Source: an uncultured Butyrivibrio sp.
GTDB lineage: Bacteria > Bacillota > Clostridia > Lachnospirales > Lachnospiraceae
Assembly (NCBI GenBank): GCA_964388815.1
Contig: CAYMBY010000042.1
Location: 7 to 64,006 of the forward strand
DNA: 64,000 nt
Reading direction: 5' to 3'
Shown here: piece by piece, positions 10,564 to 20,407 of the stretch
Layout of the letters: the number at the start of each line of letters is the position of its first letter
Numbering within the stretch: position 1 is the stretch's first letter
Notes under the pieces: generated by a model
Database searches by the model: none
What the model saw: the letters and a program-made list of their open reading frames with translations, nothing else
What the model was told of the DNA's origin: nothing
Made by a program: the position numbers and the translations under genes

Positions 10564-11871
10564 TCAGAAAGGGCAAAGAATATAGGATGTATATGCAGGG
10601 ATGTCGAGTCCGCCGCCGAAATCGACCGTCTGCCCCGTGATCAGATCATGCGCTCTGCCGGCTCTTGCATTAAAGTCCGCATGGAAACCTCCTTCATCCG
10701 CATTGATGACAACCAAAACTCTGTCATCTTCTGTTTCCCGTTCAAATATACACTGTCTGTTCGTCAGAAGAAGCGATTTGAAATCACCATACTGCAGTGC
10801 TCTGCTGCCCGTTCTGGCCGCGCAGAGTGCAGCGATGTGATCCGTCAGTTCATTCCACTGCGGCGCATCAAAACAGGGACGAAGCGCCGGGTCTCCCTCT
10901 GATTTGTCCGCCTTTGTTCCCCATTCGCTGCCATAGTATACACACGGAATCCCCGGCATGCCGAACAGCATGGTATAGAGCAGGGGAAGATGCGCAGGAT
11001 TACTCAGAATACTGGCAATTCTTGAAACATCATGATTATCCGCAAACGACAGAAGGTGACGGCCTTTGTAGAGTGTCCATTCTTCCGGGCCGAACTGTCG
11101 CAGCAGTGAATGAACGATTTCAAACATGTTCATGCTGTTGAAACTGGAATACATTCCCTTATAACATTCATAATTTGTTGCACTGTGGCAGAGATCATCT
11201 CCCATGATCTGCCTGTAATCTCCGCCGATCATTTCTCCTGTCAGATAAAAATCTTTTTTCCATTCTGACGTCTTCTGACGCAGAAGACGGATGAATGCCG
11301 GATCAAGACAGTATGCAACATCGAGCCGCAGCCCGTCAATATCATAATCGCTGATCCAGGAATGAACACATTCCAGAAGATAATCTGTAACCGCAGGATT
11401 CTGCAGATTGAGCTTTACCAGATCATAATTGCCTTCCCAGCCTTCATACCACAGACCGTCATTATATCCGTCATTTCCCTGAAAATTCAGATGAAACCAG
11501 TCTTTGTATGCAGAGTTTTCACGCTTTTCCAGCACATCCGTAAAGCCGTAAAAACCCCGTCCCACATGATTGAACACACCGTCCAGAATCACACGGATTC
11601 CCGCCTCATGAAGCGCCCCGCAGACCTTTGCAAAGTCTTCATTCGTTCCCAGTCTGCAGTCAATCTTTCTGTAGTCTCTGGTGTTGTAGCCGTGCGTGTC
11701 AGACTCAAATACAGGGTTAAAAAGAATGGCACCTACGCCAAGTCTGTGAAAATGAGGAATCCATTCCGTCACCTTTTCAATCCGGTGCGTCAACACTCCG
11801 TCATTTTCAAATGGTGCACCGCAAAAACCCAGCGGATAAATCTGATACAGTACGCTTTCATATGCCCACAT
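10564..11871 (-). CDS. GH13 alpha-amylase family glycoside hydrolase (cyclomaltodextrinase-like)
   Basis: DGVFNH, DGLRLDVA, GEMI, FADNHD; start at MWAYES after GAGGAG. Confidence 0.9.
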   Translation of the reverse strand: MWAYESVLYQIYPLGFCGAPFENDGVLTHRIEKVTEWIPHFHRLGVGAILFNPVFESDTHGYNTRDYRKIDCRLGTNEDFAKVCGALHEAGIRVILDGVFNHVGRGFYGFTDVLEKRENSAYKDWFHLNFQGNDGYNDGLWYEGWEGNYDLVKLNLQNPAVTDYLLECVHSWISDYDIDGLRLDVAYCLDPAFIRLLRQKTSEWKKDFYLTGEMIGGDYRQIMGDDLCHSATNYECYKGMYSSFNSMNMFEIVHSLLRQFGPEEWTLYKGRHLLSFADNHDVSRIASILSNPAHLPLLYTMLFGMPGIPCVYYGSEWGTKADKSEGDPALRPCFDAPQWNELTDHIAALCAARTGSRALQYGDFKSLLLTNRQCIFERETEDDRVLVVINADEGGFHADFNARAGRAHDLITGQTVDFGGGLDIPAYTSYILCPF

Positions 11872-11935
11872 GGCTGTCTCCTCTTTTCTGCATGACATTT
11901 ACTGCTTCAAGCATACCACATTCCGGGAAACGCAT

Positions 11936-12799
11936 TTACTTTTTTCCGTCTTCCCTGTGCATCATCCGCTCCGTTGTGGAATGGATGGCGTGATGAGGAC
12001 ATGCACGCATGCAGTCTCCGCAGCGGATACACTCCATGCTGTTGGGCTGTTCGAAAACTCTGATGTCCATCTTGCAGCTGCGCTGACAGGCGCCGCATTT
12101 CGTACAGCTGTCCTGATCAATACGGAACCGGTATGCTGCAATCGGATTAAAAAATCCGTAGAAGCCGCCCAGCGGGCACAGATATTTGCAGAACGGACGA
12201 TAATAAAAGACAGCAAGCAGGAGAATGACGATCAGAAGCCCTGTTTTCCAGGCAAACCGAAAGCCTGCGGCGTTTCTAAGCCCTGAATTCAGGAGTACCA
12301 GCGGAATACCGCCAAGCAGCGTTCCGGACGGACAGATCCATTCGCAGAACCACGGGCTGCCGACACCTGCCACATTTACAATTACAGAAGGCAGCAGGAC
12401 GACAAAAAGCGCAAGAATCACATATTTGATATTTTTCAGATACCGGTGTCCCGGAAGATTTTTATGTTTATGACGCACCGGAATCCGGTACAGGAGATCC
12501 TGCACCAGTCCGAACGGACACATCCATCCGCAGATGAATCTGCCGAAAAGCGCGCCAAATGCCATCAGAAATCCGAATACATAACAGGAAAGCGCAAAAC
12601 CGCGCCCGTCCAGTACGGCCTGAAGTGAACCGATCGGACACGACATAAGCGCGCCGGGACATGAATAACAGTTCAGTCCCGGTGCGCACAGATATTTTGC
12701 CTTGCCCGTATAAATTTTCCCCTGCGTGAATCCAGTTACGTAACCGTTTGTCAGGGCAAAAAATGCAGCCTGAAACCATAGCCGGATATTTTTTCTCAT
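11936..12799 (-). CDS. membrane 4Fe-4S binding protein (NapH/polyferredoxin-like)
   Basis: LNCYSCP, CGWMCPFG, FCKYLCP and two CxxCxxCxxxC motifs with TM helices. Confidence 0.85.
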   Translation of the reverse strand: MRKNIRLWFQAAFFALTNGYVTGFTQGKIYTGKAKYLCAPGLNCYSCPGALMSCPIGSLQAVLDGRGFALSCYVFGFLMAFGALFGRFICGWMCPFGLVQDLLYRIPVRHKHKNLPGHRYLKNIKYVILALFVVLLPSVIVNVAGVGSPWFCEWICPSGTLLGGIPLVLLNSGLRNAAGFRFAWKTGLLIVILLLAVFYYRPFCKYLCPLGGFYGFFNPIAAYRFRIDQDSCTKCGACQRSCKMDIRVFEQPNSMECIRCGDCMRACPHHAIHSTTERMMHREDGKK

Positions 12800-12834
12800 A
12801 AAAGTTTCTCATCCCTTCTGATGAAGATTATTAC

Positions 12835-12981
12835 TCAGCCGATGCCAATGCATTCCATACAGATTCTGACTGCCTTGGCAAAAATGACAGACGGCTCCCC
12901 GATGATAATTCCGGTGAATATCAGTGCAGCGGCCATCACAAGTGCGCTGATGCACAGCAGATTTCTCTTATGTTCGCTCAT
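12835..12981 (-). CDS. 48-aa CXXC membrane peptide (CD1871A-like family); not in the ORF track
   Basis: Translated by hand: MSEHKRNLLCISALVMAAALIFTGIIIGEPSVIFAKAVRICMECIGIG*; purine-rich RBS upstream; directly precedes the 4Fe-4S gene. Confidence 0.85.
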   Translation of the reverse strand: MSEHKRNLLCISALVMAAALIFTGIIIGEPSVIFAKAVRICMECIGIG

Positions 12982-13010
12982 GGGCAATGTTCCTTTCCCC
13001 CTGCGGATGT

Positions 13011-15644
13011 TCACTGCACGGAGATGACTTTGTAGTCTTTTGCCGTTACCGCATCCGTCAGTGCCTGATCACTTACTTCTGCGCCAAGCGTAACCACAGC
13101 CGTTCCTTTTTCATGGCTTACTTCTGCCTGTTCAACACCGGGGATCGCTTCCAGTGCTCCTTTTACGGTCATTTCACAGTGCCCGCACATCATACCTTCG
13201 ATTTTCATTGTTTTCTGATTCATTGTTCTGTTCTCCTTTTCATTTTGAGTCTGTGTTTTCGTATCTTTCTGAAATCCGGAAAGCATACGGTTTACGGTTT
13301 GAAGATCTGCGGCATTCCTGCTGACGGTATCCTTTTCTGATGCATGAACGGACAGCAGGTTCAGCCGGAGTGCATTGCTGACAACGCAGAAGCTGGAAAG
13401 GCTCATTGCCGCTGCGCCGAACATCGGATTCATCGTCCAGCCGGTCAGATGGATCCAGGCTCCTGCGGCAAGCGGGATACCGATAACATTGTAGATAAAT
13501 GCCCAGAACAGATTTTCATGGATATTGGTCAGTGTTCTGCGGCTTAAGCGGATGGCTGCCGGCACGTCGGTAAGGCTGCTCTTCATAAGTACAACATCTG
13601 CGGCATCAATTGCCACATCCGTTCCTGCACCGATGGCGATACCGATATTCGCAGCTGTCAGCGCAGGTGCATCGTTGATACCGTCGCCAACCATGGTTAC
13701 ATGGAACTGCTCCCTGAGCTTCCGGATGACTGCTTCCTTTTCTCCCGGAAGAACGCCGGCAACCACATTGTCCACGCCGGCTTCAGCAGCAATTGCCTTT
13801 GCTGTCCGTGCATTATCTCCCGTCAGCATGACGGTTCTGATTCCCTGACGTTTCAATTCCGAAACTGCACGGACACTTTCCGGACGGATGACATCCGCAA
13901 CCGCAATGATGCCCAGCAGTTTATCATCCTCTGCAAAAAAGAGAGGTGTTCTGCCGGAAGCTGACAGTTCATCCGCTTTTTGCAGCAGCGCCTGTGCAGC
14001 ATCAGATCCGGATCCGGATTCAGCTTCAGAAAGCACGGATAAAATATATTCCCGTTTTCCGCCGGTGATCCTGTGTCCGCGGATCGTCGCCTCAAGTCCG
14101 TTTCCGGGTAAAATGCGAAACGCTTCGGATGACTCTGCCTCAAGTTTCTGCGCAGCAGCATATTTTACAATGGCACCCGCAAGCGGATGTTCGCTCTTGA
14201 CTTCCAGTGAGAACGCACTTTGCAGCAGTTCTGCAGGGTTCGATCCCGCCGCCGGAATAACATCTGTCACTTCCGGTGTCCCGCTTGTAATGGTTCCCGT
14301 TTTATCCAGTACCACAATCTGTGTTTTGCCCGTTTCCTCAAGGGAAGCTGAGGTCTTGAACATAATACCGTTTCTGGCACCCATGCCGTTTCCGACCATG
14401 ATGGCAACAGGAGTTGCAAGGCCAAGTGCGCACGGACAGCTGATAACCAGCACAGAAATTCCGCGTGCCAGCGCATAACCGAAATCCGCTCCCGTAAGGA
14501 GCCAGATTAAAATTGTAACCAGGCTCACACCGATTACCGCAGGTACAAACACTGCAGATACACGGTCTGCAATCCGGGCAATCGGAGCCTTGGTCGCCGC
14601 CGCGTCACTGACCATCTGAATGATCTGTGAAAGCGTGGTATCTTCGCCGACTCTTGTTGCCTGACATTTCAGAAAGCCGGACTGATTGATGACCCCGGCA
14701 GACACCGCATCTCCCGCCTTTTTATCTGCCGGAATGCTTTCTCCCGTCAGTGCAGCTTCATTGACAGCGCCTTCTCCTTCTATCACGACAGCATCAGCAG
14801 GAATGCTTTCTCCCGGACGGACAATGAAAATGTCACCGGTCCGGATCTCCGATGCCGGAACGGTCTGTTCTATTCCGTCTTTTACAAGCACCGCGGTTTT
14901 GGGTGTCAGCGCCATCAGCCCTTTCAGTGCACTGGTCGTTCTGCCCTTGGAAACCGCCTCCAGCAGTTTACCGACAGTAATCAGTGTTACGATCATCGCT
15001 GCTGACTCAAAATAAAACTCATGCATATCATGCATGACGCCGACCATGTCTCCCTTTACCTGCGCATCCGTCATCATCAGGAGTGCAAAGAAGCTGTAGG
15101 CGAAAGAGGCCCCGGAGCCGAGTGCAACCAGCGTATCCATATTCGGCGCCCCGTGCAGAAGGCTTTTAAATCCGCTGATGAAAAATTTCTGATTGATTAC
15201 CATGATGATCATGGAAAGGAGCATCTGTACCAGTCCCATGGCAACATGATTGCCATCAAAAAAGGAAGGAAGCGGCCAGCCCCACATGACATGTCCCATG
15301 GAAAAGTACAGCAGTATGACGAGAAAGATGACTGACCAGATCAGTCGTTTTTTAAGTACCGGCGACTGCCGGTCTGTCAGTGCATCCTCCTCTGCTGCAA
15401 TTCTGCCGCTGAGACCGCTCTTTACGTCTCCGGAGGAAGTCTTCCCGTCCATTTCACGTGCGCCATACCCGGCGTCTGTAACTGCTTTTATGATTTCGGA
15501 AGCTGACGCATTCCCCTCTACGCCCATGGAATTGGTCAGAAGACTTACCGAGCATGAAGACACGCCCGGAACCTTTGATACGGCCTTTTCTACTCTCGTC
15601 TGACAGGCTGCGCAGCTCATTCCTGTTACTGCATATTGTTCCAT
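13011..15644 (-). CDS. copA: copper-translocating P1B-type ATPase with N- and C-terminal HMA domains
   Basis: GMSCAAC, TGES, CPCALGLATP, DKTGT, SEHPL, GDGINDAP, YN and MxxSS Cu(I) motifs, C-terminal GMMCGHC. Confidence 0.95.
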   Translation of the reverse strand: MEQYAVTGMSCAACQTRVEKAVSKVPGVSSCSVSLLTNSMGVEGNASASEIIKAVTDAGYGAREMDGKTSSGDVKSGLSGRIAAEEDALTDRQSPVLKKRLIWSVIFLVILLYFSMGHVMWGWPLPSFFDGNHVAMGLVQMLLSMIIMVINQKFFISGFKSLLHGAPNMDTLVALGSGASFAYSFFALLMMTDAQVKGDMVGVMHDMHEFYFESAAMIVTLITVGKLLEAVSKGRTTSALKGLMALTPKTAVLVKDGIEQTVPASEIRTGDIFIVRPGESIPADAVVIEGEGAVNEAALTGESIPADKKAGDAVSAGVINQSGFLKCQATRVGEDTTLSQIIQMVSDAAATKAPIARIADRVSAVFVPAVIGVSLVTILIWLLTGADFGYALARGISVLVISCPCALGLATPVAIMVGNGMGARNGIMFKTSASLEETGKTQIVVLDKTGTITSGTPEVTDVIPAAGSNPAELLQSAFSLEVKSEHPLAGAIVKYAAAQKLEAESSEAFRILPGNGLEATIRGHRITGGKREYILSVLSEAESGSGSDAAQALLQKADELSASGRTPLFFAEDDKLLGIIAVADVIRPESVRAVSELKRQGIRTVMLTGDNARTAKAIAAEAGVDNVVAGVLPGEKEAVIRKLREQFHVTMVGDGINDAPALTAANIGIAIGAGTDVAIDAADVVLMKSSLTDVPAAIRLSRRTLTNIHENLFWAFIYNVIGIPLAAGAWIHLTGWTMNPMFGAAAMSLSSFCVVSNALRLNLLSVHASEKDTVSRNAADLQTVNRMLSGFQKDTKTQTQNEKENRTMNQKTMKIEGMMCGHCEMTVKGALEAIPGVEQAEVSHEKGTAVVTLGAEVSDQALTDAVTAKDYKVISVQ

Positions 15645-15664
15645 TTATATTTATCCTTTCTGAA

Positions 15665-16081
15665 TCACTTCAGAAGCTTCTGAAGCGCATCGACGAGTTC
15701 ATCCACGGATTCATCCCGTCCCTGCCGGATATCTTCTGTTACACAGGTCTTGATATGACTTGCCAGCAGCACCTTGGTAAAACTGTTCAGTGCACATCTG
15801 GTGGCCGCAACCTGCGTCAGGATATCGATACAGTAGGCATCCTTGTCAACCATGCCGTGGATTCCGCGGATCTGTCCTTCAATCCGGTTCAGTCTGTGTA
15901 CGAGGTCCTTATATTCGGCATCCTCACGAACCTTTGTTTTGTCTGACATTGCATATTCCTGTGTCAGCATGGCTTCATGACTGATTTCCGTTTCCCCCGC
16001 AGACTGACAGTGACACTTTCTTGCGGATGATACCGTCTCTGCTGTTTTTTTATCTTCGTTGCTTTCCTTTTTTTCTTCCAT
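15665..16081 (-). CDS. csoR: CsoR-family metal-sensing repressor
   Basis: RLNRIEGQIRGI, YCIDILTQ, HIKTC; upstream of copA; exact start uncertain. Confidence 0.9.
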   Translation of the reverse strand: MEEKKESNEDKKTAETVSSARKCHCQSAGETEISHEAMLTQEYAMSDKTKVREDAEYKDLVHRLNRIEGQIRGIHGMVDKDAYCIDILTQVAATRCALNSFTKVLLASHIKTCVTEDIRQGRDESVDELVDALQKLLK

Positions 16082-16195
16082 ATGATCTTCCTTTACCATT
16101 ACCGGTTTTTATCTGTACAGTGGCTACGGAACGTTTGCACAGAGGTTGCGAAGCAACCTCTTATTTAACACAGATGCTTGCATCTGTGTTAAATT

Positions 16196-16214
16196 TATAC
16201 CCTATGGGGGTATA
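16196..16214. promoter_or_regulatory. CsoR operator inside the csoR-copA promoter
   Basis: TATACCCTATGGGGGTATA, the C-tract/G-tract pseudo-palindrome typical of Firmicute CsoR operators; spans the spacer of a minus-strand TTGTAA-17-TAAATT promoter. Confidence 0.85.
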
Positions 16215-16328
16215 TTACAAGTAGTCCGTCTCACATTTCATTTTTCTTTTATAAAGAACCATTTCTAAAAAAGTATAAACTGCAGGGATATGTTCAAATG
16301 CGGCTGTATCTGATAGAATGAGGTTATT

Positions 16329-16973
16329 ATGAGATATTATATTGCAGATTGTCACTTTTATCACGCACAGCTCAATGATCATATGGATCACAGAGGCTTT
16401 GCAGATGTAACACAAATGAATGAATACATGATCCGGAAATGGAATGAGAAGGTCAGAAAAAACGACTCCGTCGTGATCCTGGGCGATATTTCCTATGGGA
16501 CTCCGGAGGAAAATGAAGCCCTGTTCGCAAGGCTTCAGGGGAAACTGTATCTGATTGAAGGAAATCATGACCGATTTCTCAGAGATAAAAAATATGAGAC
16601 TGACCGGTTTGAGTGGATCAGACCCTATGAAGAGCTGCACGATAATCAGCGCAAGGTCGTCCTCTCCCATTACCCTGTTATGTGCTACAACGGACAGTAC
16701 CGGCTGAAGCATAACGGAGAGCCCAAAACCTACATGCTCTACGGTCACGTACATGACACAACCGATCAGCGTCTGATTGAACAGTTTCAGAGCATTACCA
16801 GAAGCACCATGAAAAAAGGCATGGACGGAGAAATGCATCCCGTGCCATGCCATATGATCAACTGTTTCTGTATGTACAGCGATTACACGCCGCTTTCTCT
16901 TGATGAATGGATCCGGAATGATATGGACCGCATGCAGGAAAAAGCCGCAGAAGCGCCAGACCTCAGCCTTTAA
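16329..16973 (+). CDS. calcineurin-like metallophosphoesterase
   Basis: ADCHF, LGD, GNHD, HYP, GHVH motifs; RBS GAGG. Confidence 0.88.
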   Translation: MRYYIADCHFYHAQLNDHMDHRGFADVTQMNEYMIRKWNEKVRKNDSVVILGDISYGTPEENEALFARLQGKLYLIEGNHDRFLRDKKYETDRFEWIRPYEELHDNQRKVVLSHYPVMCYNGQYRLKHNGEPKTYMLYGHVHDTTDQRLIEQFQSITRSTMKKGMDGEMHPVPCHMINCFCMYSDYTPLSLDEWIRNDMDRMQEKAAEAPDLSL

Positions 16974-17214
16974 GGCCTCTGGTCTGACGATCCATATCTT
17001 CTACTACGATATCGTAGATTTCACCCAGTGTGGAACAGTATTCCAGCACCTTCCAGGGTTCATTGGTATGATAATGAATCTTGATGAGGTCTTCATCTCC
17101 GACTGCAAGAAGGCAGTCTCCCTTGAAATTTTCTGTAAAATAATCGTTGATGACATCCTCGTCAAGGTCGTGACCGTCAATCAGAAGCTGTGTGTCATAT
17201 CTGTATTCCAGCAT
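16963..17214 (-). CDS. small protein resembling the middle domain of DAK2/FakA fatty-acid kinase
   Basis: YDTQLLI...GDCLLAVGDEDLIKIHYHTNEP...GEIYDIVVEDM; RBS GGAGG lies within the ftsH 3' end. Confidence 0.7.
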   Translation of the reverse strand: MLEYRYDTQLLIDGHDLDEDVINDYFTENFKGDCLLAVGDEDLIKIHYHTNEPWKVLEYCSTLGEIYDIVVEDMDRQTRGLKG

Positions 17215-19048
17215 TTTCTTCCTCCGTTTTACTGCCATTCAGGATCTTCATGAATTCGTCGCCTGTAATGGTCTCTTTGTCATAAAGATACGCAGCAAGT
17301 TCATCGAGCTTATCTTTATTCTCACTCAGTATACGCTTTGCTTTTTCATGCTGCAACCGTACCAGCTCCACAACTTTTTTATCGATCTGTGCCTGTGTCT
17401 GTGCCGAGCAGGCAAGGGAGGCATCCCCGCCCAGATACTGATTGGTCACGGTTTCCAGTGCCACCATATCAAAATCATCGCTCATGCCGTATCTTGTAAT
17501 CATTGCTCTCGCAAGCTTGGTCGCCTGTTCGATATCATTGGAAGCACCTGTCGTGACAGATCCGAATTCCACTTCTTCTGCCGCGCGGCCACCGGTCAGG
17601 GTAGCAATCTTATTTTCAATTTCTTCACGGCTCATCAGATAATGATTGCCCTCTTCCTCGACCTGCATGGTGTATCCAAGTGCACCTGAGGTTCTCGGGA
17701 TAATGGTAATCTTCTGTACCGGTGCGGAATCGGTCTGTCTGGCTGCCACAAGTGCATGTCCGATTTCATGATAGGATACGATCCGCTTCTCCTTATCGGT
17801 CAGGATGGCATTCTTCTTCTGATATCCGGCGATGACCACTTCAATGCTTTCTTCCAGGTCAGCCTGTGTGGCAAAGGCTCTCCTGTCACGTACCGCACGA
17901 AGCGCCGCTTCATTTACGATGTTGGCAAGCTCTGCGCCGGATGCACCGGACGCCATACGTGCCACCTTGTTAAAATCAACATCATCCGCCAGTTTGATCT
18001 TGCGCGCATGTACCTTCAGGATATCTTCACGTCCCTTGAGATCCGGAAGTTCTACTGGAACTCTTCTGTCAAAACGACCAGGTCGTGTCAGTGCCGGATC
18101 AAGAGATTCCGGTCTGTTCGTTGCCGCCAGAATGATAACGCCGTTATTGGCTTCAAAACCGTCCATCTCCGTCAGCAGCTGATTCAGTGTCTGCTCCCGT
18201 TCATCATTACCGCCGAGCTGCCCGTCACGCTTTTTGCCGATGGCATCAATTTCATCGATAAAGACGATACAGGGTGCCTTTTCCTTGGCCTGTTTGAACA
18301 GATCACGCACTTTGGATGCGCCCATGCCGACGAACATTTCCACGAATTCAGAACCGGACATGGAAAAGAACGGGACATTGGATTCTCCGGCAACGGCCTT
18401 TGCCAGCATGGTTTTACCGGTTCCGGGCGGACCGACGAGCAGAATGCCTCTCGGCATTGAAGCGCCGATCTGTTTGTATTTTCCCGGATCATGCAGATAA
18501 TCTACAATTTCCTTCAGATTTTCCTTGGCTTCCTCTTCTCCTGCCACATCACCGAACCGGATGCCTTCCGTAGACTGGACGTAAACGCGGGCATTGCTCT
18601 TGCCCATGCCGAACATCATGGAGTTCGGTCCTCCGCCTACCTTGTCCATCATTTTACCGGACAGGAAATGCCCGATCAGAATAAAGATGACAATCGGCAG
18701 TACCCAGCTGAGCAGGAAGCTCATGACCGGAGACATCTGCTGTACAATTTCACTTGAGAATTCCGCACCGGATGCATACAGTCTGTCGACAAGATCCGGG
18801 TCGGTCATCACACCGGTTTTATATATCTGTTTTTCTTCCTTATCGGTAAAAATAATTTCATCTGACTGAATCTGTACTTTACCGATTTCCTTCTTTTCCG
18901 TCATTGACATGAAGGTTCCATAATCAACTTCCTTGACGGAATGTTCTACAATCTGCGGCATTGCCAGCAGATTGAACAGAAGAATGACAACCAGTACGAT
19001 CATGTAGTAAAACGCCAGCGGTTTCTTGGGTGTTTTTACTTCATTCAT
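17195..19048 (-). CDS. ftsH: ATP-dependent zinc metalloprotease FtsH
   Basis: Two TM helices, [26 protein letters not shown]. Confidence 0.95.
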   Translation of the reverse strand: MNEVKTPKKPLAFYYMIVLVVILLFNLLAMPQIVEHSVKEVDYGTFMSMTEKKEIGKVQIQSDEIIFTDKEEKQIYKTGVMTDPDLVDRLYASGAEFSSEIVQQMSPVMSFLLSWVLPIVIFILIGHFLSGKMMDKVGGGPNSMMFGMGKSNARVYVQSTEGIRFGDVAGEEEAKENLKEIVDYLHDPGKYKQIGASMPRGILLVGPPGTGKTMLAKAVAGESNVPFFSMSGSEFVEMFVGMGASKVRDLFKQAKEKAPCIVFIDEIDAIGKKRDGQLGGNDEREQTLNQLLTEMDGFEANNGVIILAATNRPESLDPALTRPGRFDRRVPVELPDLKGREDILKVHARKIKLADDVDFNKVARMASGASGAELANIVNEAALRAVRDRRAFATQADLEESIEVVIAGYQKKNAILTDKEKRIVSYHEIGHALVAARQTDSAPVQKITIIPRTSGALGYTMQVEEEGNHYLMSREEIENKIATLTGGRAAEEVEFGSVTTGASNDIEQATKLARAMITRYGMSDDFDMVALETVTNQYLGGDASLACSAQTQAQIDKKVVELVRLQHEKAKRILSENKDKLDELAAYLYDKETITGDEFMKILNGSKTEEENAGIQI

Positions 19049-19158
19049 CAGCTTTCCTCACATTCTGTATTTTATTTAAACACATGTATAACGATATTCT
19101 GTAGTTCTATTATATCGTCTTTTCACAAAGATGCGAATTAAGTTACTATAAAATATAT

Positions 19159-19205
19159 AAAAGGACTGTAAAAAATGAGTAGAACTCATTTTTTACAGTC
19201 CTTTT
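19159..19205. terminator. 22-bp perfect inverted repeat, probable terminator after the PocR-MCP gene
   Basis: AAAAGGACTGTAAAAAATGAGT-AGA-ACTCATTTTTTACAGTCCTTTT. Confidence 0.7.
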
Positions 19206-19220
19206 TCATTTACATATCAG

Positions 19221-20258
19221 TCAATTGGACAGAACCTTCAGTTTTTCAGCAAGTGTTGTTACATTCTGCGTTGTTGCGGAAAGTTCCTCCATGGCAGCTG
19301 ACTGATCTTCGGTTGTCTTTAAAGTATTATCAGCCTTCTCCAGTGTGCTGGATATAATTTCTGTAATCTGCTCATTCATATTGGCAATTTCATTGGCTGT
19401 CCCTTTGGATTTCTGTGAGAGATTCTGAATTTCCTTTGCTACAACCGCAAAACCTGCACCTGCGGAACCAAGATGCGCAGCTTCGATACTGGCATTAAGG
19501 CCAATCATCTTGATATTGTTGGCGATCTGCTCAATGGATTTCAGAACGGCAGTGATTTTTTCAGTTGTTGCCGTGATACTCTGAATCTGTTCAGTCAGCG
19601 ACTGTTGATTAAAAGTAATCGTCTGTGCAGACTCGGCAAGCATATCAACAGTGGAAGAAATCTGGATGAAATTATCAGCCAGTTCTCCTGACATATGCTT
19701 GATTTCAAGCTGTCTGTAACCATTTTCCGCCAATGTATTTACTACAATAAACAAAACTTCTGCGGCGGCATCAATATTCTTTCTGGAAACAATATCGATT
19801 TTTTTGGTGGCCGCCCATAAGGCATCCGCATCCAGATTGGTTTCATGTGCAACATTACGGACATTTTTTTCATCCAGTGGTTTGTCAACAATCTGACCAC
19901 CGAGTACGGTTCCAAGGTGCTGCCCGTTTACAATGATCGGAGCAGCAAAATCGATCAGACCTGCATGGCAGGGACCAACAAATGGCTTACCCGTTCTGGC
20001 CGCTTCTTCTCCCATACGGTTATGACATTCTGCACAGCGCCTGTCTCCGGTAGGAGACCTGTGGATAAAATCCTGGCAATAAGAACGGTAATAGCTTGGC
20101 GCAGTAATCTCATTTCCCTCACGGTCAACAGATACCGCAGCACAGTTCATTCCAAGTGAAAAATTATCCAGAAACTTTTTCAGTGTATCAATATCAATTA
20201 CATCAGGGACTTCCAATACAGAAAGATCAATTTCTCCGCTACCAGTGTATTCTACCAT
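19221..20258 (-). CDS. soluble chemoreceptor: PocR sensor domain + short MCP signalling domain
   Basis: 'CHAGLIDFAAPIIVNGQHLGTVLGGQ' (PocR) and 'LNASIEAAHLGSAGAGFAVVAKEI' (MCP); no TM segment. Confidence 0.85.
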   Translation of the reverse strand: MVEYTGSGEIDLSVLEVPDVIDIDTLKKFLDNFSLGMNCAAVSVDREGNEITAPSYYRSYCQDFIHRSPTGDRRCAECHNRMGEEAARTGKPFVGPCHAGLIDFAAPIIVNGQHLGTVLGGQIVDKPLDEKNVRNVAHETNLDADALWAATKKIDIVSRKNIDAAAEVLFIVVNTLAENGYRQLEIKHMSGELADNFIQISSTVDMLAESAQTITFNQQSLTEQIQSITATTEKITAVLKSIEQIANNIKMIGLNASIEAAHLGSAGAGFAVVAKEIQNLSQKSKGTANEIANMNEQITEIISSTLEKADNTLKTTEDQSAAMEELSATTQNVTTLAEKLKVLSN

Positions 20259-20407
20259 AAAATCTCCCTTGCCTCTGTGTGCTATAAGTTGGTTAATATA
20301 TATGAACCGATTTTACAGATTAATTATAACATAAAATTGTCTTTATATTATCATCATATAGCTATTAATAATTGCAAATATATAATTATCTAAAAATTTA
20401 CCGCAAA

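Noticed and set aside
12835..12837. Selenocysteine read-through of the TGA ending the CXXC peptide
   Set aside because: CIGIG is the usual terminus for this peptide type, another TGA follows shortly, and no SECIS-like hairpin is evident.
10063..16973. Prophage remnant suggested by dut and the metallophosphoesterase
   Set aside because: No integrase or structural phage genes; neighbours are ordinary chromosomal genes.
19159..19205. IS end or transposon scar
   Set aside because: No transposase or target duplication nearby; position right after a stop codon fits a terminator.
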